From the NCBI GenBank assembly GCA_013239625.1, contig MU054338.1, positions 1,180,001 to 1,244,000 on the forward strand: 64,000 nt of DNA. The letters run 5' to 3'. The translations under genes were made by a program, and so were the position numbers. This stretch comes from Lama guanicoe. Taxonomy: Eukaryota. Position 1 is the stretch's first letter. The number at the start of each line of letters is the position of its first letter. The notes beneath the pieces are model-generated. The model was given only the letters and a program-made list of their open reading frames with translations. It had not been told where the DNA came from and searched no databases. Below, in pieces: positions 10,966-22,013 of this stretch.

Positions 10966-13900
10966 TAAGCATAAGCTGCAGCTCAGGAAAAACCCCCGAA
11001 TCTGGTGTGCTCTGTGACTCTTCTCTCCGAGCTAGGGATCAGGACATGCCAGGGGCTAGAAACCGAGGTAGGCGGCCTCCACCTCCCAGTAGGAAAGTGC
11101 TTGGCTTTTCTCGCAGGAAGCGTCTGCTCCCCGGGTGCGCCCCTGGGGAGCAGGGCTGGGCTGGGCTCAGAGGAGGCTGGAGTCTGTGGGGACGTTGTTT
11201 GTAGTAGAAAACTTGAGATTACGATCTGTTCCTACAGACATGCTTTTAGGCTAAACCCCAAGTGCCTTGAAGGGACTCTTCTTGTTTCCAGACACAGGGA
11301 AAGAGGGCAGCCCCTTGGTGCCGCCATCCCTCCTTCTCGCATGGTCTAGGGTCTAGGCAGTGCCCAGGGTGGCGCAGCGCAGGTGGGGGTCGCACAGGCC
11401 CCCTTCTCTCTCTGTCTGCCCCGGCTGCTGACAGACACGCCTGCCGCACCTCCTCACCTGCTCTGGTCCCCAGTGTCCACCCGAACAAGGCCCCAAAGCG
11501 GGCGGGCCTCATTTCTTCCTGACCGAAGCCTTGCAATGGCTTCGGAGGCGCGGGCCGGGTGAGGCGTGAGTGTGGGCTGGGCTGGAGGCTGGTACTAGCT
11601 GTTGCCCTGCCCAGCCCGTTCCCCCGAGGGCCTGCTCCGGCAGGAGGCGGGTGGGGTCCGCCCTCTTGTCACCGTGCACCTTGGTCAGTGGGTTTTCACT
11701 TTAAGGAGGAAGACCTAAAACGAGGCCAGACCGGTGTCGGGTTCGGGGGCTCCTGCCAGTGCTCGGTGCTGCTCACAGGGAGCAGCAGCCACCACGGCAG
11801 CCTGCTCAGGTGTCACGGGCGAGGCTGGTCTTGGGGGGGGGGCGGTGGCCGTCCCCCAGGCTCCCCGCAGTCGGGCGGGCAGAGCCCGCTGGGGTGGGCT
11901 CTGAGGAGCCCCTCTGTTTAGTGTGGCTGTTTCCTTGTGGGGCGTAGACTTGCCTTTTCATAGCAGCTGTTCACAGTTCACTCCCAAATCCCCAACGTTG
12001 AACAGCCGACCCCCAACAAGTCACGGACTGGTCACATGCAGGAGGCGGTCTGGCCCCTGCATTTGGACCCCTCATGGCCGAGGTGGAGGCAGGCCGCCCC
12101 TCGGCCCCTGACTTGGGCCCGCAGGCTCCTCATTCACTGTCCACCCAGGCCTGGGAGAGGGCGGGGCAGTGTGGCGCCCCCGCAGCGCCCGCTCGGCTCA
12201 GGCTTCCCGTGTGTTCGGCCGCCAGGGGCGGAAATGGTGGGCGGGCCCGAGTCCACTTAGGGCCGGGCCGGGCGTCTCTCTGAGCCCAGTGACAAGTGTG
12301 TCTGTCACACATGCAGAGGGCGCTGTTCCCCATGGAGCAGGTGGCCGGTGACAGTGAGAGTGCATCGAGCCACGTTCAGACAGCCGGACGCCCCCCATCC
12401 TGGTCAGTGGTGGACCCGGCCGCGGGGCGGCTGTCCGCCGCTGGGGTTAGGACATCAGCCCACCTGGAGGGCCGCCTGGGAATGCGCGGCACCGTGGAGC
12501 TGGGCTGAGAGTCCTGTCCAGCGGCTCTTGTTGGAGCCGGACTGTCCGTGCATACTGTTCGCGTTGTAGGGAAATGTGATGTGAGCCTGTCACGTTACAG
12601 GGTGATGTTTTCCCTGAAGCTCGTCTGGAAACCTCCCGGGTCTGGCCGCTCCGAGCCGGTGCCCCTGCCGGGCAGGGGCGGCAGGGGCGGGTGTGAGCCG
12701 GTGTGTGGACAGCACCCCTCACCTGGCGGTCTTGCCTCTGTGAGCATGCAGTAGGACCCCCTCTTCGGGGCACCCCGTGGGGCCAACAGCAGATTCTGTC
12801 CTTGGCTTGATATGCAGAGGCCCCCTCCTTTCACGTCCCCTCTCATTATCCCCAGAGCCCTATCCCTCCCTCAGGGTGGGGGAGGTCAGGGTCAAAGGTG
12901 AAGTCAGGCCTCGAGGTGTCACCATGTCCAAGTCGACTACGATCTCAGCACCAGTGTCGTCAGTGACAGGAGGTGGCTGGCCAACTTTTCCGTCTATCTG
13001 TGCTGTGGGGGGTGGGGGACACTGGGGGCCGTGGAGGCAGCCTAGGCCGGGCTTGGACACCTAGGGAGGGGGGTAGGAGATGATGCTGTCACTGCCTCTC
13101 CAGGGCACCAGGAGCAGTGCTTGTCCTCTGCAGCCTGCCTGGGGGTTGGGGGAGGCCCTCCAGGGGCCTTCGCGGGCTGTGAATGAGCTGCAGTTGAGGC
13201 CCTTGACCGCGCCCCCACAGCAAGCCTCCTCTCTCACCCCATCAGACGTCCAGGGGTCCGTGGCCTCAACCAGGCGTCAGGCCTGGAGCGCCAGACGGGG
13301 ACGGGGCGTAGGCGTGAGCTGCAGTTTGGGGGTGAGGGGGTCTTGGGCAGGCGGAGCCCCACACCAGGCCTCAGGCGGCTGAATCAAATTGTAAAGAGGA
13401 CGAAGGAAGCTTTATAGGAGCAAATTAGTGTTTTCTTCTTAAAGAGATGCGTGCAGCTTTGGTGTGAGAATTGGCCAATGGGACAGGAAGAGGTGAGGGC
13501 CTGTAGGAGGACAGTGACGGTGGCCGAGGAGGAGGGGCGCTTGAGAGGCCAGGCCGGTGGTGGAGGAGCACCCCTGTCTGCAGGGTGACCCCATGGCCCG
13601 GGAGGGGCTGGCGCCACAGACAGACCCTGGGATGCTTCTCAGGGCCTGCCCTGTGTGTCCCCTCCCCACCCCCCTGGCTGGGGTGGTGGGCCCCTCCCTG
13701 CATCCCTGGGGACTGCTGGGATACCCCAGAGGCCCAGCCGGAGCTCCCCACCACCGGTGGCACACACAGCTCCCTGTCATGCTCAGAGCCCGTCCGACTT
13801 CCCTTGGGGCTGCTGGCCAGGCAAGACCTGGCCAAGTCAGGGCCTCCAGGGCCGGAGACCCGCAGCCCCTCCAGCTGGATACTCTTCACCGGCCTTGTTC

Positions 13901-14441
13901 GCCTGCAGCGGCTGTCACCCACCTGGTCACAAGCTCCTGGAACCAGGCCCAGGGACCTCGGTGCCACCTGGATGTTGGTGGGGGTGAGGTGGGGAGAGGC
14001 AGCTCAGAGCTCCCATGCCAGCAGCGAAGGCCTGTCCCCCAGCCTCGGGCCCTTTCTACTCTGTCTGTCACCGTCCCTCTTCCTAGGAGCCCTAATGGCT
14101 CCACCTTCTGCCCCAGCTCGGGGCTCCCTGCCTGGCTTCAAGGTGTTGGGCCTCTGTCACTCAACTGGTGACATCCCCTCCCAGCACAGCTGTCCTGAAG
14201 CCCTGGGGAGGACGGGCAGTGACACGTGGGATTCACGCAGGCCTAGTCACCCACCCCTCTGCCTCAAGAAGGTCACAGATTACACTTGTGCCTCAAAAGT
14301 GTTTCCAGAATGCGCTCCCCCACCAGAGCCCCCTCCTGGCACTGCTCTCAGTTATGCCCAGTCCTGGGTCTCCCTGCTGGGCAGTGCTCTGGACCCTGGA
14401 GCATGTTGCAACCTTCTAACCCATGCCTATTTCTCCGCCAG

Positions 14442-14689
14442 CCGAGAGCCACGAGATTTGAGCCCGCGGGACCTGTTAGCAGCATGTGTCCGCCCCCCGC
14501 GCGCGACCCCGAGGCCACTGAGATGAGCGCCGCGGCTGGGCCCTCGCGCGCGCGCGCGTCCCACTAGCCGGGGCGCTGGGCCGCCATGGTGTGCTAGCCC
14601 CGAAGAGCTGCTGTGACCTCAGGTCTCCGTGGAGCCAGGATTTGCACGGCAGCAGAGTCACCGTGGAGAGGCCAGGGTACCACAAACTT
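14442..14689 (+). other. CSNK1G2: Probable 5' UTR part of the first coding exon of CSNK1G2, containing uORFs
   Basis: Branch-point-like ttctaac at 14414-14420, pyrimidine tract and AG at 14440-14441, CpG-rich sequence up to the ATG. The acceptor position is inferred. Confidence 0.6.
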
Positions 14690-14873
14690 ATGGATTTTGA
14701 CAAGAAAGGAGGGAAAGGGGAGTCGGAGGAGGGCCGGAGAATGTCCAAGGCCGGCGGCCGGACCAGCCACGGCGTCCGGAGCTCGGGGACCGGCTCGGGG
14801 GTCCTGATGGTGGGCCCCAACTTCCGGGTCGGGAAGAAGATAGGCTGTGGCAACTTCGGGGAGCTCCGGCTAG
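14690..14873 (+). CDS. CSNK1G2: CSNK1G2 first coding exon (coding part)
   Basis: ATG 14690, MDFDKK...GELRL, donor TAG|GTGAGC. Confidence 0.96.
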
Positions 14874-17800
14874 GTGAGCCCCGCGTTCACGTCGGGGGCG
14901 CAGGGTGGGGGGCGGGCTGTCGGGACCGGGGATGCAGGTAAGTGTGTGTGTCTCTGCCCCCCTGAGGAGGTTGTGCAGGCCGCCAGAGCCCCGCCTCGCC
15001 TACATGTCCGGGGGACAGCCGTGTTGGGGGCTGAGGGCCGACGAGGAAGCTGCCGCTTTCTGAGCTGGGGGCTCAAGGCCCTGCATTTCCTGCTCGGCGC
15101 TTGTCCATTGGGAGCTGCGGGCGACCTTGAGCCCCTGCCTGGCAGCCGGCATTGTGGAGTCTGACGTGCCCAGCAGCCCCACAGGGCTGGGCAGAGAGGC
15201 CTGTCCCAAATCAGAGCGCACCTGGGCCGTGCCAGCAGTGTCGGGGTTCGGCTCAGGCCTCATTGTCCTGGGCTCAGGGTTCCCAGTCCTGTGGGTTGTC
15301 AAGGCCCGGCGATCCAAACTCTGCTGAGGGGCGGGGTGACGGTGTGGGAGAGACCAGCACCCTGATTGGAGCATGGGGCCCTAAAGGCCCACCCCGACCT
15401 GCCCAGCATGCAGGTCCTCTGGACGGGGCCGCCTCGACCTGCCCCCGCTGCCTGGTGAGCACGTGCATGTGTGTGCACCCTCCGACTCGCACCAGCAAAC
15501 ACACCCAGGCCCCTGGGCCCAGGCCTGGCCCACAGCCTGGAGTGCCCTGTATGACGCTGGGGACCCAGAGGGCTGTCATGGGTCCTGCCTGTGGCGTTGG
15601 GAGCAGCGGCCTTAACAGCGCAGGTCTTTGTAAGCAGACAGGAGAGCGCGTGGTGGGGGGAGCGGTTTTTAAGTTCATGATGCCTTTTGAGAATTGAGGT
15701 GCAGTTGGTGCTCCATATCAGACGACCTGAAGCCCGCCGAGGCAGAGGGCTGCCTGTATTCACTGTCCTCTGCCACTTTATGTAGGGGACCTGAGCACCT
15801 GCAGATTTGGGTGTCCCCTGGGGGCTCCTGGCACCATTCCCCACGGACGCCGAGGGGCGACTGTGTGTATTTGCCTGGCTCCCACTCGCTGCTTTCTGAG
15901 AATGTCTGGCTTGTTTCCTGTGCCTGGAGTTAGTTACTCTGTCCATTTGTATGACTGCGCCCCAGTTTTGTTTATGTGCCCTCCCGCTCAGGGATATTTG
16001 GCTGTGCCCAGATTTGGGGTATTGTGAATAAAAATGCCCTGAGCATCCTTCTCCAAGTCTTGTGTATGAGTGTTTCCATTAAAGTACTCGGTCACGTGTG
16101 CTTATGAGAAACTGCCAGGTTGGCTTCCTAAGCGGTTGTACCACTTTAAATTCCTGCAGGTGGCATACTGGTTCTCTGGGTGTCCCCCATCCTCATCAGC
16201 ACTTGGGACGTCAGGCTTTTCCATTTTGAGCATGTTGGTGGGTGTGAAGTGGTACCTCACTGCGGATTTTTATTTGCTTTTTCCTGATGACTGATGTTGA
16301 GCGTTGTTCCTCTGTATGTAGTATGGGGGAGGGGGAGGATTTTGGGCTGTTTTAAAGAGTTTCTTTTTATCTCTGGTTTGGAATTTCGATTCTGCCTTGT
16401 TTAGGTGTGGTTTTCTCTGTGTTTATCCTGCCTTGAGTTCATTGAGCTTTTTGGATCTGTGTACTGACACCGTTGCATTACATTTGGGAAGACTGCCATT
16501 ATTTCTTCAAATGTTTTCTCTGCCTCTGTTCACTCTCTTCTCATTCTCATACTCCAGTCACACGTTTGTTAGGAGTGTCTGATGCTGAGTGTCCCACAGG
16601 TCTCTCAAGTTCTCAGTGTTCTCTGAGCCCTTTTTGTTCCTTGAGGCTGGATAGTTTTATTGCTCTGGTGTAAGTTAATCCTTCTTTTTTTTCTACGTTG
16701 TCCAATGTATTATTTGATACACCTATTGGATTTTTCATTTGGTACATTTCACTTCGATTTGATTCCCCTATTTTTTCTATTGAGATTTTTCCCATCTACT
16801 CGTTCATTTTGCCCATCTCTTCCTTTAAATCCTCAGACATCCCTATAGTAGCTGTTTTAAATGCCAGTGTCTGTGGTGCCTTTGACTCTGTCTTTCCTTT
16901 TACGGTCCTGTTCACTTTTCACATATGTCTAATGCTGTTTTATTGTATCCTGGACACTGGGTGGCACACATGAGATCTGGCAACTCATCTTCACTCCATC
17001 AGGGACTGGTTTTCAGCTGACAGGGTGGGCCAAGAGCAGACATGACTCATGGACTGGAGTCCCCCTCTACGATACGTGGGCTTTCTGGGTTCTCAGCTGA
17101 ATCTCGGGGGAGTTCAGGGAGGTCTCCATGCTCTGGATGGCTGTGGCTCCAGCATCCTCCTGCCTTGTGCAGCCCCCAGAATCTTCTGCTCACAGCTCTT
17201 CAGGAGGTGTCCTCCTCCTTCAGGCCTGGCTGCCCTCTCGCTTTTCTCACACATTGCTGAGCTGGGCGTTGGTGAGGCTCTCAGAGCCCAGAGCACCTGA
17301 AGTCCCCTGGGAGTCTGGAAATCCACAGACTGCATGTGCCCACATGTGCACACACACATGTGCTCGCCTCAGACTCCGCTGGACTCCAGGACTTTGGCTC
17401 TCCCAGAACTTACACGTGCGGTCAAAACAGGAGGTGTCTTCAGTAAGACACAGGATAAAATTACCAGTTACCGGGAAGATCAGTTAGGCACCAGCGAAAT
17501 TTAAACTATCTGCTTATTTGAAAACCTCGTGAAGAGCAACAGGCTGGCAAGCCCCAGCCTGAGAGGTGGCCGTTGCTGGGCACCGCTGGACAGAGTGCTG
17601 GTACCCAGGGTGCAAGAAAGGACAACAACCCAACAGTAAGAAGATGGTCACTCCAGTGAAAACCGGGCAAGGGATGTGGACACCTCACAGAAGCAGACGG
17701 GTGAGTGGCCGGGGAGCGTGAGGGGCCCTTGCCTCATCCCGGGGAAGTGCGGTGTGTGCGGCACAAACCAGCTAGCCTGCCCAAGAAGTGCCCCAGCCGC

Positions 17801-20800
17801 CCGCAGAGAGGCCCGGGCCCCACTCTGGTGATGGACATGGGACACACGCCAGCGGCTTCTGCGACGGGGCAGGATGTGCCTCTTCAGGGAGCCAGGGAGG
17901 AGGGGCGGGCGGTGAGTCCCCCTCTTGGGAGGTGAGGCGCGGTGATGTTCTGTGTCAGTGGGGTCATAGGGCCCACAGCACACATTTGCCAAAGCTCATC
18001 AAATGCAGTGTTCCACAGGTACATGTGGCCTCCCAGGTTAGCGCCAAGTACACAGGGAACCTCATCTTCAGAGCAGAGTGTTCAGGGCAGGGTACTGATG
18101 TCTGCAGCTTTGAAATCCATGTGAAAATGAGACGACCGGGGAACAGGTGTGTAGATACGCGGCCGTGCAGAGAGCAGCTTGTGGCTTGTGGGATGCGAGG
18201 CTGCGGGGCTAGGGGTTCACTGCACACAGTTCTGTCCTTTTTCTATGTATTTTGAAAGTTTCATGATACAGTGTTAGGGGAAACACAAGAGGCACACCTG
18301 TTCGTTTAATCTGAACCCAAGAACCAGGACTGGAAGGGAGCTTTCTTTTCCTGCTAAAGGGTGTCTGTGAAGAGCTTCCTGCTTGTCCTAACCGAGCAAG
18401 TGGGGGTCTGCACTCACCCACTCCAGATGGCGGCCAGGACCAGAAGTAAAGGTGAAAAGACTGGAGAAGAAAGACAGCTGTGAGCAGCCCTGGATGCCAC
18501 AGTCATGCACGTGCAGATGCCGGCAGTGAAACAGAAATGATGTGTTTAACAAGGCTGCTGCTCTGCCAACACAGATCAGCTGTGTTTCTCTGTTCAAGCA
18601 ACAACTGGCAAGTAAAAAATTAAAACCAGTACCAATCGTAAGAGCACCAAAACCACAAGTGCTTCCAGCCCACATCTAACGAAGGCCGTGCAAGCTCTCT
18701 GCACCGAGCGCCGAGAACGTCACCGAGCGGCCCGCCCGGAGAGGTGGCTGGGACAGCTCTCCTGCCGACTCGGTGTCCTCCCTGCAGGTTTCTGGGGAAA
18801 TGGACGAGCTGACCATAAACTCTGATGGAAACTCAGGCGCTGAAGAGCCGAGGCTGAGCTGAATACCCCCAGGCCAGGCGCCAGCGATGCGTGGGGCAGA
18901 GACAAGTGGGACCCCAGACCTCCACCTGTGGGGTGGGACCGGTGGTGCCTCGGCCACCACATGGGTGGGGCCAAACCAGTGCAGACTGTCCGGCTGCAGC
19001 GGGCTGGAGAGCAAGCCGAGGCCTCTTCCAGGCTGGATCCTCTTGGCAACAAGACCAGCAGCAGCGCAGTGACTCAGGCGTGAAGTCGCCTGCGGGCCGG
19101 TGTGCCGTGGGGCCCTCTTCCCAGCGCTGAGGACCCAGGAAGGCAGCGGGAGGGGCAGAGGGATGGGGGTGTACTCGGTGCTGTGCGCAGCTCCTGGCAA
19201 ATGCACACCAAAGGCCTGCGGCTGCCCCTGCATGGTGGGAACTGTCACCCAGCAGCATCACCGCCCTGTCCTAGGTCTGAACTTTGTTGAGTTCTGGAGC
19301 TTGGGTTTTTTGCAGTTTTGTGGGGTTGAGCATATTGGCTCGTTCTCTGTGGGCACCTGGAGGTCCAGGTGCAAGAGTGGTCTGTTTCTAACCCCAGGAT
19401 TCAGGCCCTGCCCCGGCCCTGCTGGACTCTGTCATTCGGGGAAGCTACAGGGCAGGGGTGGGGGGTGTCTCCTGGTCTGGTCCTTGCTGCACAGCGATGG
19501 GGGTGGGGCTGGTCTTCCGGTTGCAGGAGGCCGTGCCCAGCTGAACTGAGTTACAGGAGCCAGGCTGTAGGGTGACCGGTGGGGATGAGGGGGTCCCTGG
19601 GGCTGGGGGGTGAGTGCAGGTCAGGTGGTGTGGGGGACAGGACGGAGGGAGGATGTGGGCGAGGGGTGTGGTGTCTCCGAGTTCCCTGCAGCTGCAGCTG
19701 AAGGGTCTTGGGGTCACCAGGGCTCTTTGTTCTATTTTCCCTTTTTTAGATGGGAGAAATTGGAACGCGTTGGCGTGCCGGCGGGAAGGATCCCGCAGAG
19801 GACTTGGGAACAGCCCCTTGAGTGGGCCGAGGCAGGGCTGGGGGGCCGGAGGGTGGTTGGGGTGCCTGGGTGAGAGCTGGGTGGGGACTGAGGAGAGGGC
19901 GGGACGGCAGCTTGGGGCCCAGGAGATGAGGGTTCGGGGGCAGCTGGCAGTGCCCACAGCGGTGTGGCCGTTCCCTTGTGGGCACCCTTTTCCCTCCCGG
20001 GCCTGAGAGGGCTGGGCCAAGTTCACGGTGGAGAAGGAGGTGCCCCTCGGAGGGGTGGGTGGGGCCGGGTCTTCTGAGTGCCGGGGCCCTGCCGGCCTGA
20101 TGTGCCTTTCCTCCCGCAGGAAAGAATCTCTACACAAACGAATACGTAGCTATCAAGTTGGTGAGTCCAGGCCCTGCCCCCAACCCCCAGCCTGGTCTGT
20201 CCCCACCCCGGGACCCCAAGCAGGAGTGCCAGGCCTGCACCCTGGGTAACATCCGCACATGTCCTCGTCCCTCGCAGGAGCCCATCAAGTCCCGGGCCCC
20301 ACAGCTGCACCTGGAGTACCGCTTCTATAAGCAGCTCAGCGCGGCAGGTACCCTGGGGCTGGTTTCGGGGGCACAGCGGGAGCCCGCCTGGGCATCGCAT
20401 GAGTCTGTGGTCCTCCGCCTGCAGAGGGCGTCCCTCAGGTCTACTACTTCGGTCCGTGCGGGAAGTACAACGCCATGGTGCTGGAGCTGCTCGGGCCCAG
20501 CCTGGAGGACCTGTTCGACCTGTGCGACCGCACGTTCACGCTCAAGACGGTGCTCATGATCGCCATCCAGCTGGTGCGGACTCGGGAGCGCGGGGTGGGG
20601 GGTTGGCGGGCGGGGGCGGGGCTGGAGGGGCGGGGCACGGGGCGACCGCTGCGGCCTGCCCGCAGATCACGCGCATGGAGTACGTGCACACCAAGAGCCT
20701 CATCTACCGCGATGTGAAGCCGGAGAACTTCCTGGTGGGGCGGCCGGGCACCAAGCGTCAGCACGCCATCCACATCATCGACTTCGGCCTGGCCAAGGAG

Positions 20801-22013
20801 TACATCGACCCCGAGACCAAGAAGCACATCCCGTACCGCGAGCACAAGAGCCTGACGGGCACGGCGCGCTACATGAGCATCAACACGCACCTGGGCAAGG
20901 GTGAGCGGCGCGCAGGCCGGGCGGGGGGGCGTGGGGGCCGCGCTGACCTGCTGTCCCCCCGCAGAGCAGAGCCGCCGCGACGACCTGGAGGCGCTGGGCC
21001 ACATGTTCATGTACTTCCTGCGCGGCAGCCTGCCCTGGCAGGGGCTCAAGGTGGGCGGCGCCGGGGCCCGGGCGGGGCGGGGTCTCCTGCGTGCTGTGCG
21101 TGCTGAGGCGCTGACCCAGCTCCCCGCAGGCGGACACGCTCAAGGAGCGCTACCAGAAGATCGGGGACACCAAGCGAGCCACGCCCATCGAGGTGCTCTG
21201 CGAGAGCTTCCCAGGTGAGGGCCGCCCTGCCCCGCGTTCCCCGGGTCCCCGCTCCCTGCAGGGCCCCCCACCCCAGGCGCCCCCGTTCCGGGCCGTCCCC
21301 GTGCCTCCACGCCCCCAGCCATGCCGCTTTTCGCAGAGGAGATGGCCACGTACCTGCGCTATGTGCGGCGCCTGGACTTCTTCGAGAAGCCCGACTACGA
21401 CTACCTGCGCAAGCTCTTCACCGACCTCTTTGATCGCAGCGGCTTTGTGTTCGACTATGAGTATGACTGGGCCGGCAAGCCCCTGGTGCGTGGGGGCCCC
21501 GGTGCGTGGGGGCGGGATGCTGGTCTACCAGCCTTGCAACGTGGAGGGGGGTGAGAGCGGGCCCGGGGCCTCAGCACTGGGTCCTGTCCCTGCAGCCCAC
21601 GCCCATCGGCACCGTCCACGCCGACCTGCCCTCGCAGCCTCAAGTTCGGGACAAAGCCCTGCTACACAGCAAAAACCAGGTGAGGGGCTGGGCAGAGGAC
21701 CTAACAACACGGGAGGGCGCAAAGCGGGGCACAGGACTTCCCTTCCCCCGCTTTCCCGGCAGGCACTGAACTCCACCAACGGGGAGCTGAATGCGGACGA
21801 CCCCACCGCCGGTCACTCCAATGCCCCCATCACGGCCCCCGCAGAGGTGGAGGTGGCCGACGACACCAAGTGAGGCCTGCCCCGCCCCTTCCACGCCCTG
21901 CACCCGCCTTCACCCCCCCAGCCTGCGCCCACCGCCCACCCTGTCCCGCCTCTTCCAGGTGCTGCTGTTTCTTCAAGAGGAGGAAGAGAAAATCGCTGCA
22001 GCGACACAAGTGA
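14690..22013 (+). CDS. CSNK1G2: Casein kinase I gamma-2, complete spliced CDS: join(14690-14873,20120-20160,20278-20347,20425-20573,20666-20900,20965-21050,21130-21214,21337-21485,21596-21679,21763-21869,21959-22013) = 1245 nt, 414 aa
   Basis: All introns are GT-AG and phases add up to an open frame. Contains [10 protein letters not shown], Gly loop [36 protein letters not shown] and C-terminal [19 protein letters not shown]. Confidence 0.98.
15930..16960 (-). mobile_element. Old L1 (L1ME/L1M-like) fragments
   Basis: tttggggtattgtgaataaaaatg, ggtgtgaagtggtacctcac, T-rich antisense L1 texture. Confidence 0.6.
20120..20160 (+). CDS. CSNK1G2: CSNK1G2 coding exon 2
   Basis: cgcag|[14 protein letters not shown]|gtgagt. 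Confidence 0.96.
20278..20347 (+). CDS. CSNK1G2: CSNK1G2 coding exon 3
   Basis: [27 protein letters not shown] flanks. Confidence 0.96.
20425..20573 (+). CDS. CSNK1G2: CSNK1G2 coding exon 4
   Basis: [49 protein letters not shown]. Confidence 0.96.
20666..20900 (+). CDS. CSNK1G2: CSNK1G2 coding exon 5 (catalytic loop, DFG)
   Basis: [23 protein letters not shown]...DFGLAKEY...SINTHLGK. Confidence 0.97.
20965..21050 (+). CDS. CSNK1G2: CSNK1G2 coding exon 6
   Basis: [28 protein letters not shown]. Confidence 0.96.
21130..21214 (+). CDS. CSNK1G2: CSNK1G2 coding exon 7
   Basis: [28 protein letters not shown]. Confidence 0.96.
21337..21485 (+). CDS. CSNK1G2: CSNK1G2 coding exon 8
   Basis: [49 protein letters not shown]. 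Confidence 0.96.
21596..21679 (+). CDS. CSNK1G2: CSNK1G2 coding exon 9
   Basis: [32 protein letters not shown] flanks. Confidence 0.94.
21763..21869 (+). CDS. CSNK1G2: CSNK1G2 coding exon 10
   Basis: [35 protein letters not shown]. Confidence 0.95.
21959..22013 (+). CDS. CSNK1G2: CSNK1G2 last coding exon (Cys-rich palmitoylation tail, TGA)
   Basis: [17 protein letters not shown]. Confidence 0.96.

Noticed and set aside
1..14400. Many 100-330 aa ORFs (e.g. 1875-2663, 8613-9608, 13585-14526)
   Set aside because: Pro/Gly/Arg/Ala-rich, overlapping in all frames and without domain motifs; expected in GC-rich intronic DNA.
1..14441. CSNK1G2 main promoter/non-coding exon 1 or an antisense lncRNA
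   Set aside because: No strong CpG-island promoter here and nothing in the sequence alone supports lncRNA exons; exon 1 is presumably upstream of the window.
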